Shown: piece after piece, positions 45,897 to 61,647 of the stretch | Layout: every line of letters starts with the position of its first letter | Numbering within the stretch: position 1 is the stretch's first letter | Source of the DNA: an uncultured Nitrososphaerales archaeon | GTDB lineage: Archaea > Thermoproteota > Nitrososphaeria > Nitrososphaerales > Nitrososphaeraceae | Reading direction: 5' to 3' | DNA: 64,000 nucleotides | Assembly (NCBI GenBank): GCA_963713605.1 | Contig: CAVQMO010000005.1 | Span: 224,001 to 288,000 of the forward strand | The notes under the pieces: generated by a model | Told to the model about the DNA's origin: nothing | The model's input: only the letters and a program-made list of their open reading frames with translations | Database searches by the model: none | Made by a program: the position numbers and the translations under genes

Positions 45897-46517
45897 TCAA
45901 CTTAACTTGCTGTATGTCGAAACCTGACAATCATTGAATATTGATCTTATATCAAAGTCATTCACTTTGTTTTGGTCTATATTCTTTTGTCCTTGATACA
46001 GCTGGCCAAATATAGCATCTTGTTGATCGGTGATTATTTGACTATTATCTGAATTTACCTGCACTACAAGCCTTCTATTACTCTTGCCACTGTACTGTTT
46101 GTCGTCATCATCATCATCCTTGTCACCATTCTCATCTGAAGGTGTAATCTTATCATTACCATTACCGCGACCATCTTCGCTTCCTCTAGGGATTCCTTCT
46201 ATAGTCATAACAAAGGTACCACCACACGAAATAGCGGGAAGCGAAGGAAACCATGGAGATACTATTTGCGAAGCTGTAGATACGCTGCCTATACCTCCAG
46301 CTGTCATGGGAAGTCCTGTGCTTGGGTAAGTACTTACTGGAGGATAAGCATTTTGATTGTAATAAGGGTTGTATGGATTATAGGGATATGTAGTCTGTGC
46401 ATATGCGATTGAAGCTGTTGTATTTATACCGATATTACTTTCAACTGGACTCAATGGTAACAGGAAGGAGAGACATGTTAAAAGAATTACAAGTAAAGAT
46501 ATACGCTCCTTATTCAT
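45897..46517 (-). CDS. Secreted hypothetical protein with Tyr/Pro-rich and acidic segments
   Basis: Signal, AYAQ, YPYNPYNPYY, two Cys. Confidence 0.72.
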   Translation of the reverse strand: MNKERISLLVILLTCLSFLLPLSPVESNIGINTTASIAYAQTTYPYNPYNPYYNQNAYPPVSTYPSTGLPMTAGGIGSVSTASQIVSPWFPSLPAISCGGTFVMTIEGIPRGSEDGRGNGNDKITPSDENGDKDDDDDDKQYSGKSNRRLVVQVNSDNSQIITDQQDAIFGQLYQGQKNIDQNKVNDFDIRSIFNDCQVSTYSKLS

Positions 46518-47199
46518 GATACTATCAATGATTTTATGAGAGATCTCACTTATGTGAATTCATAAACATAAGGCCAGCACAAAAATCTGATTTATTTTCA
46601 GGGGAATGCCCTAATCACAAGCGAGCTATTTGTCAGCTGTTACCTGTCAAAACTGTTCATGGGAACGGGACCTGGACAGGGACGGAATCTTGACATGATC
46701 TGTCTAAGGACGCTGAGACATCTAACTACCAAACCTTTAATCCTTAATTGATAGTATATCACGTACACGTACTCTAGCAGGTGCAAGGCCTCATGGGTTT
46801 ACCTAAACCTCATCTGGTAATCGCAATTGTCCTTGCATTATGAAAGGTACAGCGTAAAAATTATCGAGGGGTATCGTGACCATGCACCAGGTTCCACTTA
46901 CATAAAATGGTCGTCATTGCCTTGTTTTGAAGCATACCTGTTCATCTTGATATATGATCCCACTTTGATTTCTTGCTATTCCTATTGTCAGCTTGAGAAA
47001 TTTTTCATGATCTTCCACGGGGGTTAATATCTGGATGAGGTAAATACGTATCCGACCTCCGTGGCATACCAGTCGATGCACTAAAATGTATGATGGGAAA
47101 GCTACTATAAATCCCTTAAAAGTGATATCTAAATTTCATTCATGGCTACCCGATGGAGTTAAAACTTGTGTGTTGGTTTTTAAATGCGAAATGTCTAGT

Positions 47200-47689
47200 T
47201 TACTGTCGGCTGTCGGCTTGGCGAAGTAGAATATCATTTATAGCTTTGTGATCTCCCACTAATGCCTTGATAAGTTTGTATCTTTCTTCAAAAGGCATTC
47301 CTTCTGTAGATAAAGAAGTATCCAGTGAATCAATTGCTTGTAGTTTCCATCGGTTGTGAATTGCAAACCCTATTGTCTTGTGAGTTTCATAGACTATCCT
47401 TCCAAGTGAAGTAAGAACAAATCTCACTCCCTTCCTTCGTATCATACCTGCCTCAAGTAGGCGCTTGATACGCGAATAGTATTGCTTACGAGTCAGATTC
47501 ATGCGTGATATTAATATCTCGACGCTGGGTTGCTTCTGCAAGCGGCAGTGATCTATCTGCTTTTGGATCTGATATATTTGCAACAGCAATGGCATAGAAC
47601 AATAAAAGGGATTTATGGTCGTATACAGCAGAGAGCACAGATGCGAGTGCGTTGTTATCCTCGTCAATTTGCTTGAATATGCTATTCAT
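47200..47689 (-). CDS. Winged-HTH regulator of the same family (frameshift near 47530)
   Basis: LSAVYDHKSLLLF / LTRKQYYSRIKRLLEAGMI...LTSLGRIV...WKLQAID. Confidence 0.78.
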
Positions 47690-47874
47690 GTCCCGCTTTT
47701 AGAAAATGGGTTAAATAATTCCTGGTTCACGGGCAATCTATTATTTAATTATGCGTAATGGTCTTTACATATAAGTCTTGCTTAGATGAGGCAAAGTCAG
47801 TAGACTTCACCCATCATCTTTAAAAGTAGGCCAGCCAGAAGTGTTGGAATAGGAAGGGAAGGATCACTACTGCT

Positions 47875-48276
47875 ATGTCAATTCATTCATCATCGGTTCT
47901 CTCGATCACGAGAGTTAATTCGACAGTAAAGGATCTCATCGCGTTTCTTTATGATCTCTCCCCGTTGGATTTAGAAATCTTGCTATTCTTGATAAGGATA
48001 AATCCGGAGTCTTCTACTTTGGAAGAGTTGTCTGAGAAAACAGATAGAGATAAAAGTACAGCATTTCGATCCCTACAGAAACTAGCAAACCAACGCATTG
48101 TGAGCAAGGAAACTAGAACTTTGAAGGAAAGAGGATATTATCATGTGTATGCTTCGATTGATAGGGAAAGTTTCAAGATAGAGACACAAAAAAGGATGGC
48201 AGACCTGAAAAAGAGTTTAGATAGACTATTAAAAAACTTTGAAGTTGATCTAGATACGACATTGCAATCCTTATAA
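47875..48276 (+). CDS. TrmB-like HTH transcriptional regulator
   Basis: STLEELSEKTDRDKSTAFRSLQKL...RGYYHVY. Confidence 0.85.
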   Translation: MSIHSSSVLSITRVNSTVKDLIAFLYDLSPLDLEILLFLIRINPESSTLEELSEKTDRDKSTAFRSLQKLANQRIVSKETRTLKERGYYHVYASIDRESFKIETQKRMADLKKSLDRLLKNFEVDLDTTLQSL

Positions 48277-48715
48277 TGGGACTTGGCTTGCTTTGAATCT
48301 ATACGAATATCAAGATTGATCTATTTGTGTCAACATCGACCATTTTATATCATCAGGAATTTTTAGACGTCTTAGTTGCCCAATGCTTCTAAGCGAACCA
48401 GCGAACTGTTCTCTGGTGTCGCTCACACTCACCGACTTTCTATTTGGTCCGGTTACGATCCAAATATTCCGCAAATTCAAAGATATCTATCTGTAAAGCA
48501 AGATGAACGTTCTTAACTGCCGTCCTTTTTGTTTCGTTAACCCTTACTCTTATCTCAATTAATTCTCTAGCAATTCGTTCTAACTCTTATTTGCTGAGAT
48601 CTAGACCTTTTCCTAATTACTGGATTTTGAATTAATGAATTGAAAATATTGAATAAATAAATCTAATTAGTAATATATGCGCTAGATTTGTTTGGATTTC
48701 GAATAGGTTAAAAAT

Positions 48716-48786
48716 CTAAGTTTACCCACTTCGATTTTTAATGAAATTCAAAGGTACTTGGAAAAGGAAAAGAATCTTACAGAAAT
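48716..48786 (+). repeat. Orphan ~70-bp copy of the RHH gene's DNA-binding segment
   Basis: Matches 48979-49050 (CTAAGTTTACCCACTTCGATTTTTAATGAAATTCAAAGGTACTTGGAAAAGGAAAA...). Confidence 0.88.
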
Positions 48787-48957
48787 AGACAGAGTCTTAT
48801 ATACATTCTTTAGTCTTATAGTTATATTTTACGTATCGTAGAGATTCTTCTATTACTTAAAAGATATAAAAGATGATGTAGAATCAGGGTATTGTGTAGA
48901 TTTAATATGGATACCTCATGGATAAAGTTTAATAATTCATTGTTCTGATATGGATCT

Positions 48958-49212
48958 ATGCAGAACCAATTTACAAAACTAAGTTTACCCACTTCGATTT
49001 TTAATGAAATTCAAAGGTACTTGGAAAAGGAAAAAAATATTTACAGAAATCCAACCGAGTTTATAAATGAATGTGTGAGGATCAGACTATGGGAATTACG
49101 TAGGGCTGAAATAGATCAAAGAAAATTAGACGCCTTTTTTATGAAGGCTAATGAGATACGTCCTAAGGATGCTTCTCTACCTATTTCTTCCCACAACCGC
49201 AAGGCTTCTTAA
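48958..49212 (+). CDS. Ribbon-helix-helix DNA-binding protein
   Basis: FTKLSLPTSIFNEIQRYL...YRNPTEFINECVRIRL. Confidence 0.78.
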   Translation: MQNQFTKLSLPTSIFNEIQRYLEKEKNIYRNPTEFINECVRIRLWELRRAEIDQRKLDAFFMKANEIRPKDASLPISSHNRKAS

Positions 49213-49569
49213 TTGGAGATGGATTCATACCGCTAATGCTTTTTCTAGCTGAGCCATTACCTTGTTGATTCATAAAATAAGTAGCTCCGCACCAATTACT
49301 AAAGACAATAGTCCAGCTCTTACGAGTAAGAGATTTTTATTATCATTATCGTTCTTTCGGTTCATGCTTACCTACTTACCTAACTTTATACCTTCGGCGA
49401 TATTTAGAACTAACTCATTTTCGCTTAAGACAAATTGCGTTACAGACTGCATAAGGATTAGTCTGATATCCCCGTGATCTATTTTTAGCTAAGACCTTCT
49501 TTACACAGCGTTTATGTTTTGCTTTATTCCAATTACATGCTTTTGGTACGGGCATTTTAAGTCACTTAG

Positions 49570-49836
49570 TTAGGGGAAGTAATCTCCCTTACACTTATGT
49601 GATCTGCAACCGTTTTCTTTGTGACCGTATCGAACCTGACATAGTATGACCGTATTACCACCATTAGCTATGCCTTGATTTTCTGTATATGCGGGTCCAT
49701 CCCAATCGTTCTTGTCCACGCACTTATAGAATAATTTCCAATTGTTCTTTGGTTTTTTATCTGCGGGTAATGCATCATCAATCCAGCATTCAAAATGTGG
49801 AAATTTGTCTTTTCCAACATAGGCAATTATTTTCAT
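49570..49836 (-). CDS. Small hypothetical protein (possibly a C-terminal fragment)
   Basis: 88-aa ORF with ATG; Trp/Cys-rich. Confidence 0.4.
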   Translation of the reverse strand: MKIIAYVGKDKFPHFECWIDDALPADKKPKNNWKLFYKCVDKNDWDGPAYTENQGIANGGNTVILCQVRYGHKENGCRSHKCKGDYFP

Positions 49837-50369
49837 ACCAAAATTTCGGCCTAAGATCTTTGGTATTTGTTCGCCTAAATCGCCAAATTCTGCTTTTTCG
49901 AGGTGTTTCCTTACTTATGGCCAACTACTTTATATCGGCACTATTATATAACATTCGAAAATCTAATTACAGGGTCACATATCGAACCCATTCTTTCTGG
50001 GATAATCCGGTTTTTGCATTCAGGTGTGTTTCTGGCGTACGACTACTCAATCTTGCTACCGGAATAACACAGTCTAGCCACAAAATTAATATCCGTGTCA
50101 GAATTGAACTTTGAGGAACACTACTAGTCATACTGACTAGGAGATGAATCTGTCAGTTCTTCTGGTAATACTACTGGTAATCTGATAGAATATGGTGAGG
50201 ATAAGCTTTGGGGGATGCCCGCTTATACCTTCTTTTTTGATGCATCTCGAAATCATTTATCTCAACTTCAGGTGGGGGTTGTTCCTTTCAAATTGGTGAG
50301 GAAGTAACAATATATAGATGGCTTAGTAATTTTTGAAATAGTATGGCTATCACGACAGACTAATTTAAC

Positions 50370-51182
50370 GTGCTCGGAATTGTTAGTACTATTCTTGCCA
50401 TGTTCATAATTGCAGGATGTATCCCGACAGGCAACGCGACACCAAGCGGTTCTATGAGTTCAGATCTTCATTGCGATAAGGATAACGCAACTGGACGAGG
50501 CCCAGAAATGAACATGCCACAGAATCAAACTCTTTCAATCAGGGGGAAATTAGATCTCTCAAGCTCAGACTTAGAATTGAAGCCCTCCATGATCTTACCG
50601 TCATCTCAGTTTACACCTATACCAGCAAACAGAACATTTACTATTAATTTGGTCGATAAAAATCAGGATGAACTAGCCATTTATCCATTCGATCTAATAA
50701 TTTCGAATGCAAGAAGCTCAAATAGTACGACAGACGATCGAGCGTTGATATCAGCTGCTGTCCCATATCATGAGTGTACAGCAAGAATTATTTTTAAGAT
50801 GAACGACAAAGAGTTAGCGTACCAATCTGTCTCACCCCACAAACCGGATATCAAATTTGTAGGGATTGAAACCGACTTCAATAAAGATATGAATGAAAGT
50901 ATGCTTTTTCCAAGGATGACAAATATAAGTCTTAATTGGGATGCGCAAGATTTAGATGGAGATAACATAACCTATTCTTTGCTATATAGCTATGACGGCG
51001 GATTGACATGGGATACGGTAATAGATTATACATCCAAAAAATCTTTTACCGTTCCGGGCGATTCCTTACAAGGGAATACAGTTAATTTGTCAAAATTTAG
51101 ACTTATTGCCACTGATGGCGTCAATACAGATATCAAGGATTCAGAGCCATTCAGCATCCCTGCCTTGACCTTGGAACACTAG
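50370..51182 (+). CDS. Secreted protein with C-terminal Ig/FN3-like domain
   Basis: Signal; LNWDAQDLDGDNITYSLLYSYDGGLTW...FRLIATDGVN. Confidence 0.75.
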   Translation: MLGIVSTILAMFIIAGCIPTGNATPSGSMSSDLHCDKDNATGRGPEMNMPQNQTLSIRGKLDLSSSDLELKPSMILPSSQFTPIPANRTFTINLVDKNQDELAIYPFDLIISNARSSNSTTDDRALISAAVPYHECTARIIFKMNDKELAYQSVSPHKPDIKFVGIETDFNKDMNESMLFPRMTNISLNWDAQDLDGDNITYSLLYSYDGGLTWDTVIDYTSKKSFTVPGDSLQGNTVNLSKFRLIATDGVNTDIKDSEPFSIPALTLEH

Positions 51183-51341
51183 TGCCTTCTTTTCCACCTT
51201 TTGTGTTATCCTACGGCACTTTTTGATCCGTTCTTTAGAACGATAATTCGTTTTTATTGCCCCGAGTGATGCATTCTGTAACTAATACAGTCTAGCCACA
51301 AAAATAATTTCAACGTCCAAATCCACCCTAGATGAATACTA

Positions 51342-54219
<2,878 letters not shown>

Positions 54220-54450
54220 ATTAGGGATACAACATGTTAATACCCCCATCCATATAAAAAACAATTCTGGTATTCCGCACTGTTTTTCTCTAACAATGTA
54301 CAAAACGTCTTATAATGACATTAGCTTATAAAGCCAGTAGAAATATTGCAAGTTTAGGTAAGAAACAGATTATCTTACTATGTCACAGTAAGAACTCCTT
54401 TCATCTTCAGGCATATTTATATCAAACTTTTGTCCAACATAAATTCTTAG

Positions 54451-57400
54451 ATGTTCGATAAACCCATTTCTAGGAAAGATTTCTTAAAGCTTCTCGGAGC
54501 CGGAGGCATTGTTCTCGGTATAGGTTGGTTTGGAGGGATAGGACCATTATATGAACAATACAAGAAAGGACAGACAAGTCGTCCCGGTGGGAGTAGCCCC
54601 CCCTTTGCATCCCAATTAGCATATGCTCAAAGTACAGGAACTTGGGTCCCAGGACAGAATACCCAGACAGTTGCCCTCGGATGTGCTCTTACTCCCAATG
54701 GCAAAATCTTTTATTTTGCCGGTTCAGGTTGGAATAACGCCAATAGTCCGAATGGGCCATTTCAAGCGAGGTATCTGGACTTATCTACAGGCTCAGATGT
54801 TGCAGTACCTCTCAGTGTAGATCTCTTTTGTGTCGGCATGAATCAGTTACCAAACGGAAATACTCTCCTAACAGGCGGTACGCTCCTGTATGACACCGAT
54901 ATAAACAGCTGTAATGGACAGTGGCATGGTGCAAAATATGCTTTAGAGTTCAACTATTCTACTGGCCAGTTGGAGCGGTTGCCAGATATGAGAACAGGTA
55001 GGTGGTATCCTTCCCAAATGCTTCTCCCTAATGGGCGGGTGGTAGTTGTTGCAGGAAGCGATGAATACGGAATTTACAATCGTCTGGTTGAGATATATGA
55101 TCCCACTACTAGATCGTGGAGTACACAATTTGATCCTTCTACGAATAACACTTATTGTGTCGGCGCCGGTGAAGCATGTGCTGGAGCTGGTTCACCATGC
55201 TTTGGCAGTCCTAATCAAGGTGTGGCGCCATGGCTCTCATTATACCCCAGAATGATCTATATGCCTAGCGGTCTTGTCTACATAAGCTCACAAAGGGAAA
55301 TCAGGTTCATCTATGATCCGTCAACTGGAATATGGACAACACTAAGCCCAACACTGCTGGGCCAGTATAGAGATTACGGTACTTCAATTCTTCTGCCTTT
55401 GCAGAATACTACAGCTGAACGAGGAAAGGTTATGGTAGTAGGAGGAGCTCCGAATGGTACGGCGCCTGCTACGCGTGTCGTAGAAATACACGACTTTAAC
55501 CAGGGCACAAATACTAATCCTGTTATGCGAACAGTAGGTCAACTAAACTTTGGAAGGAGGTATGTTCTCCCGATAATACTGCCTAATGGAAAAATCATGG
55601 TTTTTGGCGGGTCTTCTCAGGGTGGAAATACTCCAGTTTATGTTCCAGAGAGTTTTGATCCTGAGAACGAAAGTCAGGGATGGACGACACACGCTCCGGC
55701 TACTGTGCCTAGATTATATCATGGTACGGCCTTGCTAATGACTGACGGAAGTGTGTGGACCGCAGGAAGCACTCCAGGATCAGGAGGAAACTGGGAATTA
55801 CGGACAGAGTTCTTTAGACCGAGCTATTTCTCCAGCACAAGGCCAACGATATCAGGCAATCCTACTGTTGGTGGATATGGTGGGTCTATTACAATTCCGA
55901 CTCCCAATCCTACGAGTATTGCGAGAGTTTCGCTAGTAAAACTTGGTTGCACAACTCACCATTATGATATAGATATGCGATTAATTTGGTTACAGATAAC
56001 CAGTCGTGGCACAAATTCTGTAACTGTTTCTGCTCCTATTAGTGCGAACATTGCACCCGCTGGTTATTATATGATTCATGTATTGGATAATGCTCTGGTT
56101 CCATCTGTAGCGAATATTATCAAAATTCCAGGAACTGGACCGACAGGAGATAATCCACCAGGTCCTCCAGCTCAAGTAGCAGGTCTAGCGGTTACTACTC
56201 CAAGTGGTACCTCTACTCAGCTCAATCTGACCTGGACAGCAAATACCGAAGCCGATCTCAATCATTATAATGTATATAGAGGAACAACTGCTGGATTTGT
56301 TGTAACTCCTGGCACTACGGCTCCTATAGCAACATCTACAGTCGAACTCTTATTCCGACACCGGGTTAATTGCATCTACAACGTATTACTACAAGGTTCT
56401 TGCAGTAGATAACTCAAACAATTTAGGTACTTTATCAACAGAAAGGTCGGGAACAACTGGAGCCGGCGGCCCAGATACTACAGTCCCCGTAGTTTCAATT
56501 ACAAGCCCAGCCAATAACGCAACGGTGCCTGCTGGTAATGTCCCGATAAGTGGGACTGCTGCAGATAATGTAGGTGGTAGTGGAGTAATACGTGTTGAAG
56601 TAAGAGTAGATAATGGTGCCTATTTTATTGCAACACCACAAGCTCCAGGCAATTGGTCTACATGGACAATTACACTTAACATCACAGCACTAGGTTCTCA
56701 CACCTTAAGGGCTAGGGTAACAGATAATGCAGGAAATGTATCATGGAATGCAGGCACTCGAACAATAAATGTAGTAAGTGGTGGTGATACTCCACCCGCA
56801 CAAGTGACAGGCCTAGCCGTTAATACTCCAGGCGGTACCACTACCCAACTTAATCTGACCTGGACAGCAAATACCGAAGCCGATCTCAATCATTACAATG
56901 TATACAGAGGAACATCGGCAGGATTTGTTGTAACTCCTGGTACTACGGCTCCAATTGCAACACCAGCAGCGCCAGCCAACTCTTATTCCGACACCGGGCT
57001 AACGGCATCGACTACTTATTACTACAAGGTTGCTGCAGTAGATAACGCCAACAATATAGGTACTTTATCAACAGAGGCATCAGGGACAACTGGATCTGCT
57101 GGTCCAGACACTACAGTCCCCACAGTGGCAATTACAAGCCCAGCCAATAACGCAACAGTACCTGCTGGTAGTGTCCCGGTAAGTGGGACTGCCGCAGATA
57201 ATGTAGGCGGTAGTGGCGTACTACGCGTTGAAGTAAGAGTAGATTCTGGTGCCTATTTTATTGCAACACCACAGGCTCCAGGCAATTGGTCTACATGGAC
57301 AATTACACTTAACATCACAGCACTAGGTTCTCACACCTTAAGGGCCAGGGTAACAGATAATGCAGGAAATGTGGGATTTAATGTAGGCACACGAACAATA

Positions 57401-57731
57401 AATGTAGGAAGCGGAGGGGGTCCTGACACGACAATCCCCACAGTGGCAATTACAAGCCCAGCCAATAACGCAACAGTACCTGCTGGTAGTGTCCCGGTAA
57501 GTGGGACTGCCGCAGATAATGTAGGCGGTAGTGGCGTACTGCGCGTTGAAGTAAGAGTAGATATATGGTACCTATTTTATTGCAACACCACAAGCTCCAG
57601 GTAATTGGTCTACATGGACAATTACACTTAACATCACAGCACTAGGTTCTCACACATTGAGAGCCAGGGTAACAGATAATGCAGGAAATGTTTCATGGAA
57701 TCCAGGCACACGAACAATAAATGTAGTATAG
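54451..57731 (+). CDS. Tat-exported AA5 copper-radical oxidase (galactose/glyoxal oxidase family) with DUF1929 Ig domain, 2 FN3 and 3 Ig-like repeats (frameshifts near 56345 and 57570)
   Basis: SRKDFLK Tat-like motif; cofactor/Cu residues DLFC, RWYPS, RLYHG, TTHH; kelch repeats; APAGYYM; repeats end at ...TINVV* 57731. Confidence 0.88.
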
Positions 57732-57817
57732 GGCACGCGCAAATTGAGTACTACTTTACCAATTTTTGGTATTGCCTTTGCTAGATATATTTTAAAGTAA
57801 GGATATACAACATACTT

Positions 57818-58180
57818 GTGATGCAAATGGAAGAAAAAAGGCAAAGGACTAATAATAAAATAAAAATCGGATTCACAGTATTGATGCCCTTTATACTTAT
57901 TATAATGATGAGCCACACATCCCAAGTCTTGGCCTCGGAAGATTTGATTAAGGTGACAATGACTAATTTAACCGAATTGAATGCAAATCAATCTATCCCG
58001 TCGACTATGGGAAGCCTCAGCACAAACCAAACTTTATCTGTGCCGGATACGATATTTCAAAAAATTCTGAGTAATGCGAATCAATCATTAAACGCAATAG
58101 AAAATGAAGATATGGAGATTGCAAAAGAAAAGATAAACTCGGTATATAACGACTTAAAAGAATTAGCTGAAAAACCGTAG
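57818..58180 (+). CDS. Small secreted/membrane-anchored helical protein
   Basis: Basic N-terminus, hydrophobic helix, C-terminal helical hairpin. Confidence 0.65.
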   Translation: MMQMEEKRQRTNNKIKIGFTVLMPFILIIMMSHTSQVLASEDLIKVTMTNLTELNANQSIPSTMGSLSTNQTLSVPDTIFQKILSNANQSLNAIENEDMEIAKEKINSVYNDLKELAEKP

Positions 58181-58275
58181 CAGGTCACGAGATTAAAAGA
58201 TGAAGCAGAGATTGAAATGAGACTGACTAATACCCGTTTTATCTATGGGTATTGGCATTGCCATTCTATAAAATT

Positions 58276-59327
58276 TTAATTTAAGATTTTATCCAAGAGT
58301 GTGACGGTTTTGTTTGCTACATCGTCCCCGTACGGATTTCTCTTAATCTTAGTCTGAAGCATCATTTCAACTGTTTGGCTAAGAGAAGCCGTTGTATCAG
58401 GGGGGAATAACACATTTGCTTTAAGGAGTATTGTCTCCCATCTCGCGGAAGTGTGTCTAAGGGTAATACAGGGTTTCTTTAAAGTTACCGACTCCTCCTG
58501 AAGACCTCCACTATCCGTAAGCACCAACTTGGATTTCAATAGCAACCCCAAAAATTCGATATACCCAACAGGATCGATCATTATCACATTATCAGGAAAT
58601 TTGATATTTCGGCTCTTGAGGTTCTTCTGTGTCCTCGGGTGCACCGGAAAAACTATTTTATGATTTACTGTCTCAAAATGCTTTATAAGTAACTTCAAAT
58701 TCTCGGGATTATCTGCATTTTCTGGCCTATGTATGGTCAATAGCAAAAATTCAGGCGGCAGATCAACAGGTAATTCCCTGCTCGCTCAATTCTTGACAGC
58801 CTCAGACACACATCGACTATCAAGTTGCCGGTGACATATACGTCGCCCGTTACATTTTCATAACTCAACACACTCCTACAGAAATCTGAAGGAGCAAAGA
58901 GATGAGAAGCCATTTCATCTATTCTTATTCTAATACTTTCCTCAGGAACAGCAATGTCAAAGTCTCTAATTCCAGCTTCAAGATGGATTATCTTGCTTCT
59001 GGCCTCATGAGCCGCGAGCGCGGCCGCCATGCTCGAGTTTGTATCCCCATAGATTATTACATATTCTGGCTGCAATTCTTTTAGTATTGGTGAAACCTTG
59101 TTCTTCATTAGGTCAATATCAGATGAATTACACTTTAAGTCAAAGTCTGGCTTTACATTTAGTTCGTCAATAAATATATCCTTCATCCTGGGAGAGAAAT
59201 GTTGACCTGTGTAGATAAATGAGTGATCAAACCTTTCATTCATTTTAGGGATAAAATCTGCTAGCTTTATTATCTCTGGTCGCGTTCCCGCTATTGTGAC
59301 TAACCTATTGTTATTATTATTGCTCAT
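58276..59327 (-). CDS. wecB: Second non-hydrolysing UDP-GlcNAc 2-epimerase (frameshift near 58750-58790)
   Basis: GTRPEIIK, TGQHF, YGDTNS, HLEAGIR, PEE, TIHRPEN, TDSGGLQEE. Confidence 0.9.
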
Positions 59328-59709
59328 CTTAAACCTCAGTAAATTAGATATCCAGTCATTCTCAGACTGTTATTAATACTTTGAGAAAGTAGTATACTTC
59401 CCATATTTCTGACCTTATCAGGAGTCTGTTTTAGGCCATTCAGTAAGTCAATAATCGCGCGATGAAGGTTAGCACGGATTTAAATTTCAAATTCAATATC
59501 TATAATTCTAATAATAGTTCCCAATTAGTGGGTCCTAAATATCTAAACGATATCCGGGTATGTCGATGAGGGCTCTATGGGAAAAACGATATTCGAATGT
59601 CTCGATGCTCGGGTGCCTATCCAGTACATAAAAATTATAGAAAACTATATAAAATCAGCCTCTACTCAGTCTGCCGAAACTACTGCTTATCTATGGATTT
59701 TTCTAGATA

Positions 59710-61064
59710 TTACTTTTTTGTGAATCCATGCATAGTTTTTGTACTTCCCCATGATTTTACTCTGAATGCTTTGATAAACGTTACAAAAAAGTATAGGCTA
59801 AATATGTTGTACAAAGGAATGTACAAGCCATACCGTACGCCTTTTTTCCCATACATTTTTACGAGAGTCAAACCTTGGAGAAAGAAGAGAGCAGCCGTGA
59901 GAGCCAACCACAATTCGGTGTTTATAGAAGAATAATAATACGGAAAATATCCGAAAATTATATTAAATGTGGCTGCAAACCCAATAATAAATAACAATGT
60001 CAACCCGAGAATTGCCGCTACTGGGTTCAGCCACAGCAAAGCGCTAATAATGTCAGTACGTTCAACTGCCTTCCGTTGAAGCATGTCTATAAATCCTTTT
60101 GCCCATCTTGCGCGCTGTCGCAGCATAATGTCAAGGCTTGGGGGTTTCTCATCATAATTTATACAGAGAGGGGCGAATAAGATTCGATATTTGCTTTTCA
60201 AAAGCCTGGTGGTTAATTCATAATCATCTACCAGGTGATTTGCAAATCCTCCTACTTCGATAAGCATATTTCTTCTAATAATATAACCCGTTCCGCCTAA
60301 ACCACCTCTTTTATCAATAAATGCTCTTGTAGTCATATATGGTGTAGACCACAAGTCCCCTTCAAGCGACAGGAGTTTCGTTACTAAACTATAATCCCGG
60401 TTACTGGGCACATATCGGCCTTGTACCTGCTGCAATCCTACCCTTTAGCAGAGGGAGCGCTTTTTCAATGAAATCGTCGCTTAAGAGGCCGTCAGCGTCA
60501 AGAATCATAATATATTCACCACGAGACATTTTTACTCCGTAATTCAATGCGATACCCTTGCCCGCCTCCTCTGTCCTGAAATCTAGTGCCCTAACTCTAT
60601 AATCGGTATCGATTTGAGCTTGCTCATAGGTTTTGTCTGAGCAGTTATGACATACCACTACAACCTCGATATTCTTGTACGTCTGTCTAAGAGCATCTGT
60701 TACAGTCTTCCTGATAACGTTTTCCTCGTTTCTTGCTGCAGACGATTATACTACAGAGGCCGATACTTGAAGAATCCGCTGTCGGGGCGAGACTATTTGG
60801 AGATCGTTTAAATTCCTCATAACGCTCTTGCTGATTTAGCCTGATCTTATCGTATGCTATAAAGTATATTACAAATAAGAAGAATGTTAGAATGGTGTAC
60901 GCAAGAACATACCCAACCAAAGGTAGAGTTATGGCAGACAAATTAACGTCGGGGTCGACCAAAACCTGAAAGCCTGTTGTATAATAGTACAAGATAGTCG
61001 CAATAGGAATGAACCAAAGGTAAAACACCACAAATAAGAAGATAATCCACTTCTTCTCATTCAA
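59710..61064 (-). CDS. Processive membrane GT2 polysaccharide synthase (cellulose synthase/PgaC-like; 2 frameshifts)
   Basis: Two N-terminal TMs; GKGIALN, LDADG (DxD), GTG, VDDYEL, RQRARW (QxxRW); C-terminal TMs; W.ST.T.H tail. Confidence 0.88.
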
Positions 61065-61647
61065 TATTAGTCCATGCCCCGCAGTCCTTGATTTCTATCA
61101 GTTGGTCGATGCGATTCAATAATATAATCATTCCTAGAATGATCGTGTGTCTTTGTGTGCGGAAATTCTCATAGTTCTCAGAATATCCTAGACCTAGACA
61201 ATTCGGACCTTCTTGCCAACAAAGTGTGCATCATCCCGAATAATGATATCTTCATTATTAATATCAATTATCCTACCGGAACTCAGAAGCCAATTCGCGT
61301 GGCTCGTTGCAAGTCAGTCCTGTTTTTTTGGCTCTATTATCCCTGTACTTCTATACTTGCTAATGAATTTCTGGATAATCCCTCCCACCATACTGGCATT
61401 TGAACTGCAAAACTAATTTGTAACTTTAGGAAGTACCATATCAGCAGTTTGTTATTCCAGGTCGATTTAAAAGACTAGTACAATAATTTCATTAATCGGA
61501 AAAACCACAATCTGCGAGATTACTTATCCATATATACCTTTGATATCTGCGATTAGGCCGCAGACCCACAAGATCTTGGCTTACGCATTAGGTTAACACA
61601 TCGATAAGGTTAATAGAGATTAGTTATGGAGAAATATTCATCAATAA

